Shown here piece by piece: positions 1 through 9,062 of a stretch of 64,000 nt of DNA (position 1 is its first letter; each line of letters opens with the position of its first letter). This DNA comes from an uncultured Bacteroidales bacterium (GTDB lineage Bacteria > Bacteroidota > Bacteroidia > Bacteroidales > Prolixibacteraceae): positions 2,664,583 to 2,728,582 of the forward strand of contig OW818689.1 of the NCBI GenBank assembly GCA_942493325.1. Direction: 5' to 3'. The position numbers and the translations under genes were made by a program. The notes beneath the pieces are model-generated. The model searched no databases. It was not told the origin of the DNA and saw only the letters and a program-made list of their open reading frames with translations.

Positions 1-309
1 ATCCGAATTGCTGCTGGTCGTTAAAGCTTCTATCCGGCCGGATTTGAATTCAGGCACATCTCCCGGAATATCTTTGGGCCAGGAGTTGGCTTTACCGTCG
101 ACCACAATGCGGTTTCCACCCGATTCAACTACAGTTTTTTCATCATCAATATCCACTTCGGCATTTTTACCCGTGGCGTTTTCAATGGCATTTTCTGCCA
201 TCTTTTCGCTTGCTTTCTTAGAAGTGCGCTGGCAGGAAATAATAATCAGACCTGCAATAAGGGCTATGACAAATAACCCTGCTGTTCCGGATTTTTTAAT
301 GATTTTCAT
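1..309 (-). CDS. Lipoprotein (partial, runs off the left edge)
   Basis: Minus-strand frame is open from the ATG at 309-307 to the window edge. The N-terminus MKIIKKSGTAGLFVIALIAGLIIISCQRTS is a signal peptide with a lipobox Cys. The listed + ORF 8..334 is its antisense shadow. Confidence 0.55.
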   Translation of the reverse strand, partial: MKIIKKSGTAGLFVIALIAGLIIISCQRTSKKASEKMAENAIENATGKNAEVDIDDEKTVVESGGNRIVVDGKANSWPKDIPGDVPEFKSGRIEALTTSSNSD

Positions 310-475
310 AGCTAAACAATGTAAAGTTGATTGAATAGGTAACTGTTGACTTTATAAGATCTAAATTACCAAATATTTTTGGAACTTTTGGAGGCAGCAT
401 GAAAAAACAAGTTACACAAAAGGTTATGTTGACAGGGAGACCATGATGGCTAATAAGGTTAAAGTTAACGGTTTT

Positions 476-531
476 TTCTTTGCGGTCTTCTATGGTCTTT
501 GCGTAACACTTAGAAGGAATTTTAAAAAATG
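476..531 (+). repeat. Dispersed intergenic repeat R2, copy 0 (TTCTTTGCGGTC...GAAGGA.TTTAAAAAATG)
   Basis: Aligns by eye with 48677-48734 and 48866-48926. Shared blocks are TTCTTTG(C/T)GGTC, TTGCGT/TTGCAT, GAAGGA and A-run+ATG/AGA. Confidence 0.55.
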
Positions 532-840
532 CATGATTGACCCTGGAATATGCGGCGCATGGAATGTATGATTTTCAATTAAGGGGGTAGCTGCGCCTGA
601 TAATTGGCTGATCGTCCTAACCCCGGGTGGCGCGATTCCGATTAAGCTTGTTTTTTTTAGATTAGTATATGATCCGGAATCTCTTACCCGGGGCTACAAC
701 ATGTTACATCCCTCCGGGATTGGAAGATAGCTGTGTCTTTAAGGTTAATTTGTCTTTATGGTTAATTTAATTGAAATAAAAACGCTGGTCCCACGATTTT
801 TATTCGCGTGATGAATAAGGCGATTGAAAATCACCAGAGC

Positions 841-1050
841 ATAAACATTAGCACATTGGCGCATTGTCTCATTTTCTCCCATTCCCCCTTCTCCTCCCGA
901 GAACGACGCGTCCCGAGACCGAAGGGATTCGGGAAGTGATTCGGGATCGCCTTATCGCCTTTTCGCCCGATCGCATCTTCTCATTGTCACATTGGCAAAT
1001 TGTCCCATTTTCTCATTTTCGCTCCATGCCCATGCCCCATGCCCCATGCC
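841..1050 (-). repeat. Composite word-repeat element, locus A (reverse orientation)
   Basis: The reverse complement starts 2 nt after the ATPase stop: GGCATGGGGCATGGGGCATGGGCATGG, then GAGAAAATGGGACAATTTGCCAATGTGACAATGAGAAGATGCGATCGGGCGAAAAGGCGATAAGGCGA. It shares long verbatim blocks with 38921-38998. Confidence 0.7.
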
Positions 1051-1052
1051 AG

Positions 1053-3602
1053 TTAAAATGCCTTTGAAAGTTTGAAAACCTTGTAAAGCTCGAACCAGAG
1101 AATACTCAGAAATCCGGCACCGGCACAGATCAAGGCTTCGGTCAGTGATATTTTATCGAACAGAAATAGATCACGCAGGAAGGGAATATTCAGAATCAAT
1201 ACCAGGAAAAATGCGGCTCCCCCTACTACCCATTTTACCGTTTTATTTGATGTAGCCAGTATCTGAAAAATATTCCGGGACCACGACCTGTTCGATAAAA
1301 TGACCGCAATATTCGACGCTATTAATGTAGTAAAAGTCAGCGCCCTTACTTCGCGTTCCGAATAATCATGATTCAATCCAAACAGGTAAACTGCAAAAAC
1401 AATAATCAGGATTCCGATTCCCTGGGTGCAACTCAGCAAAATTTTCCCCGAACCAAAAAATGGATCATCGTACGCCCTGGGAGGCCGGCTCATGATATTT
1501 ATTTCCTCCTTTTCTGCTTCGAAAACAATGGAACAGGCGGGATCGATAATTAACTCGAGAAAGACAATATGCACAGGCCATAAGATCAGTGGCAGATCGG
1601 CGAAAAAAACAGGAATCAAAGATAATCCGGCAATGGGAACGTGAATTGCAAAAATATAACCCAAAGCCTTTTGCAGATTATCTGAAATTCTGCGACCCAT
1701 CCGGACAGCACCCACAATTGACGCAAAATTATCATCCATCAGCACAAGTGAAGCCGCCTCACGCGCAACATCGGTCCCCTTCTCCCCCATTGCAATACCT
1801 ATATTTGAAGCTTTCAGGGCGGGCGCATCATTCACCCCATCGCCCGTCATTGCCACGATCTCATTGTTTAGTTTGAGCGCATTTACAATTTTTAATTTTT
1901 GTTCGGGAACAACGCGTGCAAAGATGTTTACTGTTCTAATCTTTTCCGATAATTCATCTACCGACAATTCCTCCAACTGGGCACCTGTAATTACCAAATC
2001 ACTATTTTTTAATCCGATTTCACGCGCTATATTCATTGCAGTTGCCGGGTAATCACCCGTAATCATAATAACCCTGATACCGGCTTTGTAACATTCGGAA
2101 ACCGCCTGTGGTACATTGTTACGAACAGGATCCGAAAGCCCGATTAAACCAACAAACCCGAAATTAAAATCATGCTGAATATCTGGCAAAGCGGTCATTG
2201 ACTCCACATCCTTGGCCACACCAAGCACGCGCAACCCATTTGATGCCATGGTTTCGATAGCCTGGTTCAATTCAGCGATCTGTTTTTCGGGAAGATGGCA
2301 GAGATCAAAAATTGCTTCGGGAGCTCCTTTGGCAGCAATTGTACGGGTTTTAGCCTCTTCGTTATTAAAGACGCGCGACATCGCGAGTAAGTCTTTCGAC
2401 AAAGGATATTCCTTGATCATCTCCCAGTCAGCGTGCAGGTGTTCGGTATTTTTTAAAAACTGGTCTCCCACCAGGTTGATGGCCTTTTCCATGGGATCAA
2501 AGGGATTAATCTGACTGGACAGAATCCCGAATTCAATGATCTCATGAAATTCTTCGGGGAAAGTGCTTTCATGATCGACTGTCATAAAATCCTTCCCGTT
2601 AAAAAGTCGGGCCACAGTCATTTTATTCTTTGTTAAAGTGCCGGTTTTATCGGTACACAAAACAGTGGTTGATCCTAACGTTTCGACAGCAGCCGGTTTA
2701 CGGGTAAGTACATTTTTCTTCGAGATGCGCCATGCACCCAAAGCCAGGAAAACGGTAAGTACAACCGGAAACTCTTCCGGTAACATGGCCATAGCGAGCG
2801 TAATTCCTGCCAAAAAGCCCTTCATCAGGTCACCACGGGTCAATGTATAGACCACAATCACCAGAATACAAAGTAATATTCCGAAAATAGCCAGCTTTTT
2901 AACCAATCCGCCTATTTCGCGCTTCAGCTTTGTTGGTTCCTCTTTCACCTCGTTCAACGCTTTACCAATCTTTCCGATTTCGGTATTTAATGCAGTGGAC
3001 GACACCTTTACAATTCCATTCCCCTGGACAATCATTGAACCGGAAAAGACGTAGGGCAGGTCGTCACCTCCGGGCCGGGCCTGTTTCGTTTCGCCCTGCC
3101 ATTCCGCCTTACGCACCGGAACCGGTTCTCCTGTGAGAAGGGATTCGTCAGCCGTCAGATTAACCGAATATAACACAACAGCATCCGCTGGCACCCTGTC
3201 TCCTTCCTGGAGAATAATTATATCATCCGTAACCACATCCCTGCCGGCAATCCGCTTTTCGACACCATCACGAATGACAAGCGCGCGCGGACTTGCCAGG
3301 TCTTTCAATGCATCCAGTGCTTTCTCGGTCTTTTTCTCCTGGTAAAACTCAATTCCCATGATTACAAAAACGAATGCAAGCAACATAATACCTTCCTGAA
3401 TGTCACCTAAAATCAGGTAAAGGGTTCCGCAGGCTACGAGCAGGAGAAACATGGGCTCCTGTATTACCCCGACTGCAAGATGAAAAAGGCTTCTGGGTTT
3501 TGAAGAAGGTAGTTCATTAAACCCTTCAACTGACAATTTCTGTTTCACCTGGTCTTCAGTAAGTCCCTTAATCTTTTCTGTTCGGATATTCGTATCGATC
3601 AT
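1053..3602 (-). CDS. Cation-translocating P-type ATPase (P2-type, Ca2+/Mg2+-like)
   Basis: 849 aa. Motifs read directly: LLTGEPVP (TGE), CTDKTGTLT (phosphorylation site), MTGDGVNDAPALK (hinge). There are multiple TM segments at both ends. Confidence 0.9.
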   Translation of the reverse strand: MIDTNIRTEKIKGLTEDQVKQKLSVEGFNELPSSKPRSLFHLAVGVIQEPMFLLLVACGTLYLILGDIQEGIMLLAFVFVIMGIEFYQEKKTEKALDALKDLASPRALVIRDGVEKRIAGRDVVTDDIIILQEGDRVPADAVVLYSVNLTADESLLTGEPVPVRKAEWQGETKQARPGGDDLPYVFSGSMIVQGNGIVKVSSTALNTEIGKIGKALNEVKEEPTKLKREIGGLVKKLAIFGILLCILVIVVYTLTRGDLMKGFLAGITLAMAMLPEEFPVVLTVFLALGAWRISKKNVLTRKPAAVETLGSTTVLCTDKTGTLTKNKMTVARLFNGKDFMTVDHESTFPEEFHEIIEFGILSSQINPFDPMEKAINLVGDQFLKNTEHLHADWEMIKEYPLSKDLLAMSRVFNNEEAKTRTIAAKGAPEAIFDLCHLPEKQIAELNQAIETMASNGLRVLGVAKDVESMTALPDIQHDFNFGFVGLIGLSDPVRNNVPQAVSECYKAGIRVIMITGDYPATAMNIAREIGLKNSDLVITGAQLEELSVDELSEKIRTVNIFARVVPEQKLKIVNALKLNNEIVAMTGDGVNDAPALKASNIGIAMGEKGTDVAREAASLVLMDDNFASIVGAVRMGRRISDNLQKALGYIFAIHVPIAGLSLIPVFFADLPLILWPVHIVFLELIIDPACSIVFEAEKEEINIMSRPPRAYDDPFFGSGKILLSCTQGIGILIIVFAVYLFGLNHDYSEREVRALTFTTLIASNIAVILSNRSWSRNIFQILATSNKTVKWVVGGAAFFLVLILNIPFLRDLFLFDKISLTEALICAGAGFLSILWFELYKVFKLSKAF

Positions 3603-3646
3603 CGCAATAACTTTTTATTCAGTGTCTTATTATTAAACAAATCATA

Positions 3647-4057
3647 TTACTTCACAATTTGATCAAGCAAACGCATAAGTTCAACCGTTTCGTCAGCGCT
3701 GATCTTTTTTTGAATCTCAGCGGCCATGCGTTTATGGGCAGATTCATGCATCTCGTTGATTAGCTGTCCCTTTTCGGTTAAATGCAGGTGTGTACTTCGT
3801 CTGTCAGCATCCGATTGCACCTTATAAATCAGTTCTTTTTCTATTAAACGGTCTACCAGCACGGTAACTGTAGGTTTAGTGAGTTTCATGGCAAGGGCCA
3901 ACTCTGTCAGGTTTGGATTCTTTAGCTGGTAAATCATCTCCAGATAATTCATTTGAGTAACTGTCAGCTCATTAAAGCCATACTGTTCCTTTGCTTCCTC
4001 CTCAGCACGCGTCATGTATGCTGTCAGTCTGGCCATAATTTCTTCCAGTTCCTTCAT
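3647..4057 (-). CDS. MarR family transcriptional regulator
   Basis: 136 aa winged-HTH pattern (LTVTQMNYLEMIY...LTKPTVTVLVDRLIEKELIYKVQSDADRRSTHLHLTEKG). It lies 44 bp upstream of the ATPase on the same strand, so it is probably co-transcribed. Confidence 0.85.
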   Translation of the reverse strand: MKELEEIMARLTAYMTRAEEEAKEQYGFNELTVTQMNYLEMIYQLKNPNLTELALAMKLTKPTVTVLVDRLIEKELIYKVQSDADRRSTHLHLTEKGQLINEMHESAHKRMAAEIQKKISADETVELMRLLDQIVK

Positions 4058-4084
4058 GGTGTATTGTGTATTTTGGTTACAAAT

Positions 4085-4106
4085 ATAGTTAGATATATCT
4101 AACTAT
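4085..4106. promoter_or_regulatory. Perfect 22-bp palindrome, candidate MarR operator
   Basis: ATAGTTAGATA|TATCTAACTAT lies 28 bp upstream of the marR start codon (4057, minus strand). Confidence 0.45.
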
Positions 4107-4128
4107 CAAACAGGGACGAAAGAGCGAC

Positions 4129-4168
4129 GGGGAGATGGGGAGATAGGGTTATGGGGTGATGGGGCGGG
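4129..4168 (+). repeat. G-tract word repeat (G-quadruplex-type motif), locus B
   Basis: GGGGAGATGGGGAGATAGGGTTATGGGGTGATGGGGCGGG has six runs of G3-4 separated by 1-5 nt. Confidence 0.6.
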
Positions 4169-4225
4169 CAATATTCCACAAACTGTTTTCCGTTCGCAAC
4201 CATAATATTCCAGGGTTGTATTTAT

Positions 4226-4346
4226 CTGGAGCAACACCTTTCATTGGAAGAATTCGTGTAATCTGTTATAATCCGTGTAATCATTTTAAGCAACACCTTT
4301 CAATGAAAGAATTCGTGAAATTCGCCCTAATTCGTAAAATTCGTAA
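4226..4346 (+). repeat. Two tandem copies of the M1 module (CTGGAGCAACACC + CTTTC-N3-GAAAG hairpin + 4x AATTCGT heptads)
   Basis: Copy 1a (4226-4282) is degenerate and copy 1b (4289-4346) is canonical. The same module occurs at 39172-39235 and 52190-52252. It ends 17 bp from the stop of the minus-strand deacetylase gene. Confidence 0.7.
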
Positions 4347-4362
4347 TATTGGAATTAGTTTT

Positions 4363-5073
4363 TTACGCCCAATGGCTCAGTTGTCTGAGGTTGTTTCCTA
4401 AACGTCGGAAAAGCTGAATTGTGGGAGAAAGGAACAGCCGGCGAACTTTTGGGAATTCGATTTTATTGAAACTAAAACCTTCGGCCTTTAATGCCGCGAT
4501 GGCACGCGGCAGCACCCAATAAAGATGATTCGCGGCCTTTGTCGAATCATGAAACGTAATAATACTTCCGGCCCGGGCAAAGTCAAGCACGTTTTGCAAA
4601 ACCTCCTCTTTGGAAATGTTACGGTTATAATCACAGGAGATCACATCCCACATAATTATTTTATATTTCCCTGACAAATACCGATATTGCGCCCGCTTCA
4701 GCCACCCGTGCGGCGGGCGGAAAAGGTTTGAACCGATCAGCTGATTGGCATGAACGATATCCTTGTAATAGGTTCGGTTATCAGATTTCAGACCCTGTAA
4801 ATGGTGATAGGTATGATTTCCAACCGCATGTCCCTCCTCAATAATTTGCTCAAATATTTCGGGATACCTGAAAACATTCTCTCCTACTGCAAAAAATGTC
4901 GCTTTAATGTCATTTTGACGTAACTGTTCTAAAACCCAGGGAGTAACTTCAGGAATGGGACCATCATCAAAAGTAAGATAGACCGTTTTCGAATCATCGG
5001 GCATCCGCCATATTGCAAGCGGAAACCACTTTGTAATCCAACGAGGCAGGTGAACCTGCGGTTTTAATCTCAT
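4363..5073 (-). CDS. Polysaccharide deacetylase (NodB-homology, CE4-type)
   Basis: 236 aa. NodB motifs are TFDDGP (YLTFDDGPIPE) and HTYHH (metal-binding His). Confidence 0.85.
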   Translation of the reverse strand: MRLKPQVHLPRWITKWFPLAIWRMPDDSKTVYLTFDDGPIPEVTPWVLEQLRQNDIKATFFAVGENVFRYPEIFEQIIEEGHAVGNHTYHHLQGLKSDNRTYYKDIVHANQLIGSNLFRPPHGWLKRAQYRYLSGKYKIIMWDVISCDYNRNISKEEVLQNVLDFARAGSIITFHDSTKAANHLYWVLPRAIAALKAEGFSFNKIEFPKVRRLFLSPTIQLFRRLGNNLRQLSHWA

Positions 5074-5148
5074 ACTTTGAAATTTCTATCGGAGAAATTC
5101 TTTTTTAATCCGTTACAAAAGTAAATAAATCTATTCAGAATAAACAAC

Positions 5149-8100
5149 TTATTTTTTCAATTCAGGATTGACTAATTCAGGCTGATAGACAGATACAATA
5201 TCGTTAAGCCTTTTTGCCACCTCTTTGCTTAATGCCTCTTCGCCGTAAAAACCTGCAATGTTACTCAACTCCTGCATGATATAAAACGATCGCTGAAGAT
5301 CTTCCTGGATAGTGGCACGGAAGCGAGGTGCGAGCTTAAAATAGTAGTTCAAATCTTCTTCACAATTATTGGCCATTATTCTTACCACTTCATTTGCTTT
5401 TTGAATCGCCGCCGGGAAGGTATTCACCTCGACAACCGAACTATCCAGAGCCATGTTGTTCATATTGTTGTGTGCCGCTTTGTAGTAAGACTTTGCCATC
5501 AGCAAATTAAAATAATTGTAGGGAACTTTTTCGTTTGGAACCAGTTCGTTACAACGATCAAGGACGGCAATTGCTGAATCACGTTTCCCTTCCGCGATCA
5601 ACCCGTCGGCCAATCTGACAAAACTGTTGCGCACATTCATTGACATCCGGATATTGTTTTCATCAAGATAAACCTTCGGGTCATTCATGTTGCCCCATTT
5701 GAATTTGTTGATGATATTGTCGTACATCACATCGGTACGCACACTTCCCACAGACTGATCATCAGAAGGGGTCTTAATGGGTACCAGGCGGTAGGCAAAA
5801 CCTTCGGTCTGGAAATAATCCTGCAAATTCAGGTATTTGTCACGACCAACGGTAATCGCAAAATAGATCGGCCGTTTCCAGTTGTTATTCGCAATGATAT
5901 CCAGGATCATCAGCTCATCCTTGGTTAAATAACTGCCCGAAAGATTAATCTCCATCTGCGAAACAATGCTGTCGGCTTTCTTTGAATCGACTACATTATT
6001 GGCCAGAACAGCAGCTTTGTCGACCGGATAGATTAATTGGCGCGACGGGAAAAAGGAGGCATTGTCGGCCTGCTGCAATTTGGTTGCCGGATTTTCGGAG
6101 CGAACAAAATCGATTGCTTCCTTAAGGTTCACCGGTCTTTTGATCTGATCCAGAATGTATACAACATCACGAGTCCCCTGGACATACTGGTTATGATCGA
6201 AATTGATCGGTAACGCCTCCGATTCGTACGCCTTGCGCTTCATCTGATCGACATACCAGTCGGTCTGAAAATAACTAAGGTTACAGACCCTGACATCCGT
6301 TCTGATCCCTTCGACCATCTGGGCATACCACAGCGGGAAAGTATCATTATCACCGTTGGTAAATATGATTGCATTTGGTGCACACGATTCGAGGTAATTA
6401 CTTCCGAAATCACGGGCTGTATAACGATTCGAACGGTCGTGATCATCCCAGTTCTGATTCGCCATCAATAAAGGTACTGCAATCAGCGAAACTGTTGTCG
6501 CAGCAATGGCGCTGATTTTAGCGGGTGACACCTTCCGAAGCATTTCGTATATTGAAAGAACGCCAAATCCAATCCAGATCGCAAAAGCATAAAATGAGCC
6601 TGCATAAGCGTAATCACGTTCACGGGGCTGAAGAGGTTCCTGGTTCAGGTAAATCAGAATGGCCAGACCAGTCATAATGAAAAGCGTCATCACTACCCAA
6701 AAATCTCTTTTCCCTTTCTCACCGCCATTAAACTGGTAAAACAGTCCAAGCAATCCAAGGATAAGCGGCAACAAATAGTACTTATTCTTACCCGGATTAT
6801 TTGCCATTGACTTGGGGAGATGACTTTGATCACCCAGCCTGATTGAATCGAGGAAGTTAAATCCCGTGATCCAGTTTCCGTTTAAGATGTCACCATTCCC
6901 CTGTATATCGTTTTGACGGCCTGAGAAATTCCACATGAAATACCGCCAATACATCCAGTTGATCTGGTAACCAAAAAAGAAGGTAAGGTTTTCGCCAAAG
7001 GTTGGTTTGATTAATCGCTCAGGTTCCCCATCCCTGTTGGTTACTGTTATAGGAGTACCTTTGATTTTTGCCCAGGCCTCATACTCCCGGATATGCTCCG
7101 GACTGGGACTAAACATGCGGGGAAATATTGTTGTGAAACGACTGTCATAATTTGGTTTCTGCTTGTAATCGGCAATTTCATATCTGCCGTTTCGCTCAAT
7201 ATAATTTGGACTACCTTTAGAGTAAGGATTCTCACTGTCGAGTGGTGCGTTATAATACTGCCCGTGGAATAAAGGCTTACTGCCATACTGTTCGCGGTTC
7301 AGGTACGAAAGCAATGAAAAGACATTATCGGGGTTATTCTGATCCATCGGGGTATTTGCCGATGAACGAATGACTATCATGGCGTACGATGAGTACCCGA
7401 TAATCAGTACTGTTAATCCCAATATCATCGTATTGGCCAGCGCCAGTTTTTTCCTGATCGTATATTTTATTCCCCATACAATTGCAGAGATCAGCAGTAT
7501 GGCATAAATAATTACCCCGGTGTTGTAGGGTGCCCCAAATCCATTTACGAAAAGTAACTCAAACCACTGTGCAACAATCACCAAACCCGGAATAAGGACA
7601 AACATAATAACCGCCACGATTACCATCGAAACAATCAGTGAAATAATTATTCCATTTCTTGTGGCCTGGTATTTTCTGAAGTAATAAACAAGTACAATGG
7701 CAGGAATTGCCAGCAGGTTCAATAAATGCACCCCGATTGAAAGACCGATCAGGTAGCAGATCAGGATAATCCATCGGTTTGCAAATTTCAGATCCGCCTC
7801 GTTTTCCCATTTCAGGATGCTCCAGAATACGAGTGCCGTAAACAGGGATGAGGTACCGTATACCTCCCCTTCGACTGCTGAGAACCAGAATGTGTCCGAA
7901 AAGGTATAGGCCAGTGCCCCGACCGCTCCTGCACCCAGGACGGCAATCAGTTGGGCTAACGTAAGTTCTGATGTATTGGTGGTTATAACCCGTCGTGCCA
8001 GGTGTGTGATCGTCCAGAAAAGGAACATAATGGTAAACGCACTGGCCAGCGCCGAAATCGTGTTTACCATCACGGGAACCTGAGCCGGACTACCTGCAAA

Positions 8101-8304
8101 CAGGGTAAAGATACGTCCCATTATCATAAAAAGCGGTGCACCCGGGGGATGACCCACCTGGAGCGTATAAGCTGTTGTGATGAATTCGCCGCAATCCCAG
8201 AAGCTAGCCGTTGGTTCCATCGTCATCAGATACACTACAGCCGCGATAAGAAAGATGAACCATCCAACGACCGTATTATAAAACTTATACCCTTTTGTCT
8301 CCAT
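5149..8304 (-). CDS. DUF2723 (TMEM260-like, GT-C-type glycosyltransferase-like) membrane protein
   Basis: 1051 aa. The N-terminal half is polytopic. EPTASFWDCGEFITTAYTLQVGHPPGAPLF is the hallmark N-terminal block of DUF2723 proteins. The C-terminal half is a soluble helical repeat-like region. Confidence 0.8.
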   Translation of the reverse strand: METKGYKFYNTVVGWFIFLIAAVVYLMTMEPTASFWDCGEFITTAYTLQVGHPPGAPLFMIMGRIFTLFAGSPAQVPVMVNTISALASAFTIMFLFWTITHLARRVITTNTSELTLAQLIAVLGAGAVGALAYTFSDTFWFSAVEGEVYGTSSLFTALVFWSILKWENEADLKFANRWIILICYLIGLSIGVHLLNLLAIPAIVLVYYFRKYQATRNGIIISLIVSMVIVAVIMFVLIPGLVIVAQWFELLFVNGFGAPYNTGVIIYAILLISAIVWGIKYTIRKKLALANTMILGLTVLIIGYSSYAMIVIRSSANTPMDQNNPDNVFSLLSYLNREQYGSKPLFHGQYYNAPLDSENPYSKGSPNYIERNGRYEIADYKQKPNYDSRFTTIFPRMFSPSPEHIREYEAWAKIKGTPITVTNRDGEPERLIKPTFGENLTFFFGYQINWMYWRYFMWNFSGRQNDIQGNGDILNGNWITGFNFLDSIRLGDQSHLPKSMANNPGKNKYYLLPLILGLLGLFYQFNGGEKGKRDFWVVMTLFIMTGLAILIYLNQEPLQPRERDYAYAGSFYAFAIWIGFGVLSIYEMLRKVSPAKISAIAATTVSLIAVPLLMANQNWDDHDRSNRYTARDFGSNYLESCAPNAIIFTNGDNDTFPLWYAQMVEGIRTDVRVCNLSYFQTDWYVDQMKRKAYESEALPINFDHNQYVQGTRDVVYILDQIKRPVNLKEAIDFVRSENPATKLQQADNASFFPSRQLIYPVDKAAVLANNVVDSKKADSIVSQMEINLSGSYLTKDELMILDIIANNNWKRPIYFAITVGRDKYLNLQDYFQTEGFAYRLVPIKTPSDDQSVGSVRTDVMYDNIINKFKWGNMNDPKVYLDENNIRMSMNVRNSFVRLADGLIAEGKRDSAIAVLDRCNELVPNEKVPYNYFNLLMAKSYYKAAHNNMNNMALDSSVVEVNTFPAAIQKANEVVRIMANNCEEDLNYYFKLAPRFRATIQEDLQRSFYIMQELSNIAGFYGEEALSKEVAKRLNDIVSVYQPELVNPELKK

Positions 8305-8751
8305 AAAAATCTCTGTTTTACCTATTTCTGAAATCTGTTGCGTTTATTTCGCCCGACGTCATAAATTTTTACGAAGATATTAATAATCTTTATCCTCTCA
8401 TTCATTAATTTGATGAACATTTCAATAAATTAACTTTTAAATCAAATTACGGGGCAAATGGCAGAAATTCCGATATACTCCTCCCATTTATTTGTCGTTC
8501 AGCGAAAACTATTCATGATTCCTGTCACTCAAAGTTGCAGAGGTTCCCGGATTGAAAATCGAACGTCATTGCCAGACTCTGATCCTGTTTGGAAACCTGC
8601 GTAAAAAATCCGTTTTTTCCGGAGAATCCGATTTTTTATCTATCCGCTTGATTTTATATTATTTAAAGGGGCTTGCCGTAAAATTTCAACCGGAAATATG
8701 AAGTTAATTTAATAAATAAGACGATTGGCTGAATTTTTATTCACGGATCAG

Positions 8752-8781
8752 TTTGCAGGAAAAAAAAACTTCGTACTTTTG
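8752..8781 (+). promoter_or_regulatory. Bacteroidota-type promoter for the tRNA-Gln pair
   Basis: TTTG (8752-8755), N18, then TACTTTTG (8774-8781) matches the TTTG/TAnnTTTG -33/-7 consensus. It lies 33 bp upstream of the first tRNA. Confidence 0.5.
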
Positions 8782-8813
8782 CACCCGTCTTAAATAAATA
8801 AGACATTATTGAT

Positions 8814-8886
8814 TGACCCGTGGTGTAATTGGCAACACGTCTGGTTTTGGTCCAGAAGAGTTCAAGTTCGAGCCTTGACGGGTCAA
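8814..8886 (+). tRNA. tRNA-Gln: tRNA-Gln (anticodon UUG)
   Basis: Manual cloverleaf: acceptor TGACCCG/CGGGTCA, D arm GTGT-AATTGGCA-ACAC, anticodon arm TCTGG-TTTTGGT-CCAGA, T arm TCAAG-TTCGAGC-CTTGA. No CCA is encoded. Confidence 0.9.
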
Positions 8887-8976
8887 CTAAAGTTCTGAGA
8901 AAAGTTTTTACGCCGTTAACCCGGCAAGGTCCCGTGAGGCGCAGTCGAAAAGGACGCTGTGACAAAAACCCAAAAC

Positions 8977-9049
8977 TGTCCTGTGGTGTAATTGGCAACA
9001 CGTCTGATTCTGGATCAGAAGAGTTCAGGTTCGAAACCTGACAGGACAA
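8977..9049 (+). tRNA. tRNA-Gln: tRNA-Gln (anticodon CUG)
   Basis: Acceptor TGTCCTG/CAGGACA, the same D arm, anticodon arm TCTGA-TTCTGGA-TCAGA, T arm TCAGG-TTCGAAA-CCTGA. Confidence 0.9.
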
Positions 9050-9062
9050 CAAGTTGATTAAA

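Noticed and set aside
8-334. Listed + strand ORF of 108 aa
   Set aside because: It is antisense to a better minus-strand frame with a clear signal peptide and lipobox (ATG at 309) that runs off the window edge. The + strand translation is low-complexity and has no recognisable features.
540-840. Possible structured RNA or terminator in the 720-bp gap (CCCGGGG-containing segments, GCGCC...GGCGC pairing, T8 run at 651-658)
   Set aside because: Only short (4-6 bp) helices could be found by eye, with no match to RNA families I can recall. It is probably further degenerate members of the dispersed repeat family, and the evidence is too weak to call a feature.
864-1067. ORFs lying inside the word-repeat loci: 864..1067, 4156..4401, 38680..39048, 38765..38956, 39144..39395, 48687..48878 and 51832..52086
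   Set aside because: Their sequences are translations of stuttered nucleotide words (for example MPMPHAPC, GRWGDMATRRWGE). The nucleotide-level repeat is conserved between loci regardless of reading frame, which argues for non-coding elements.
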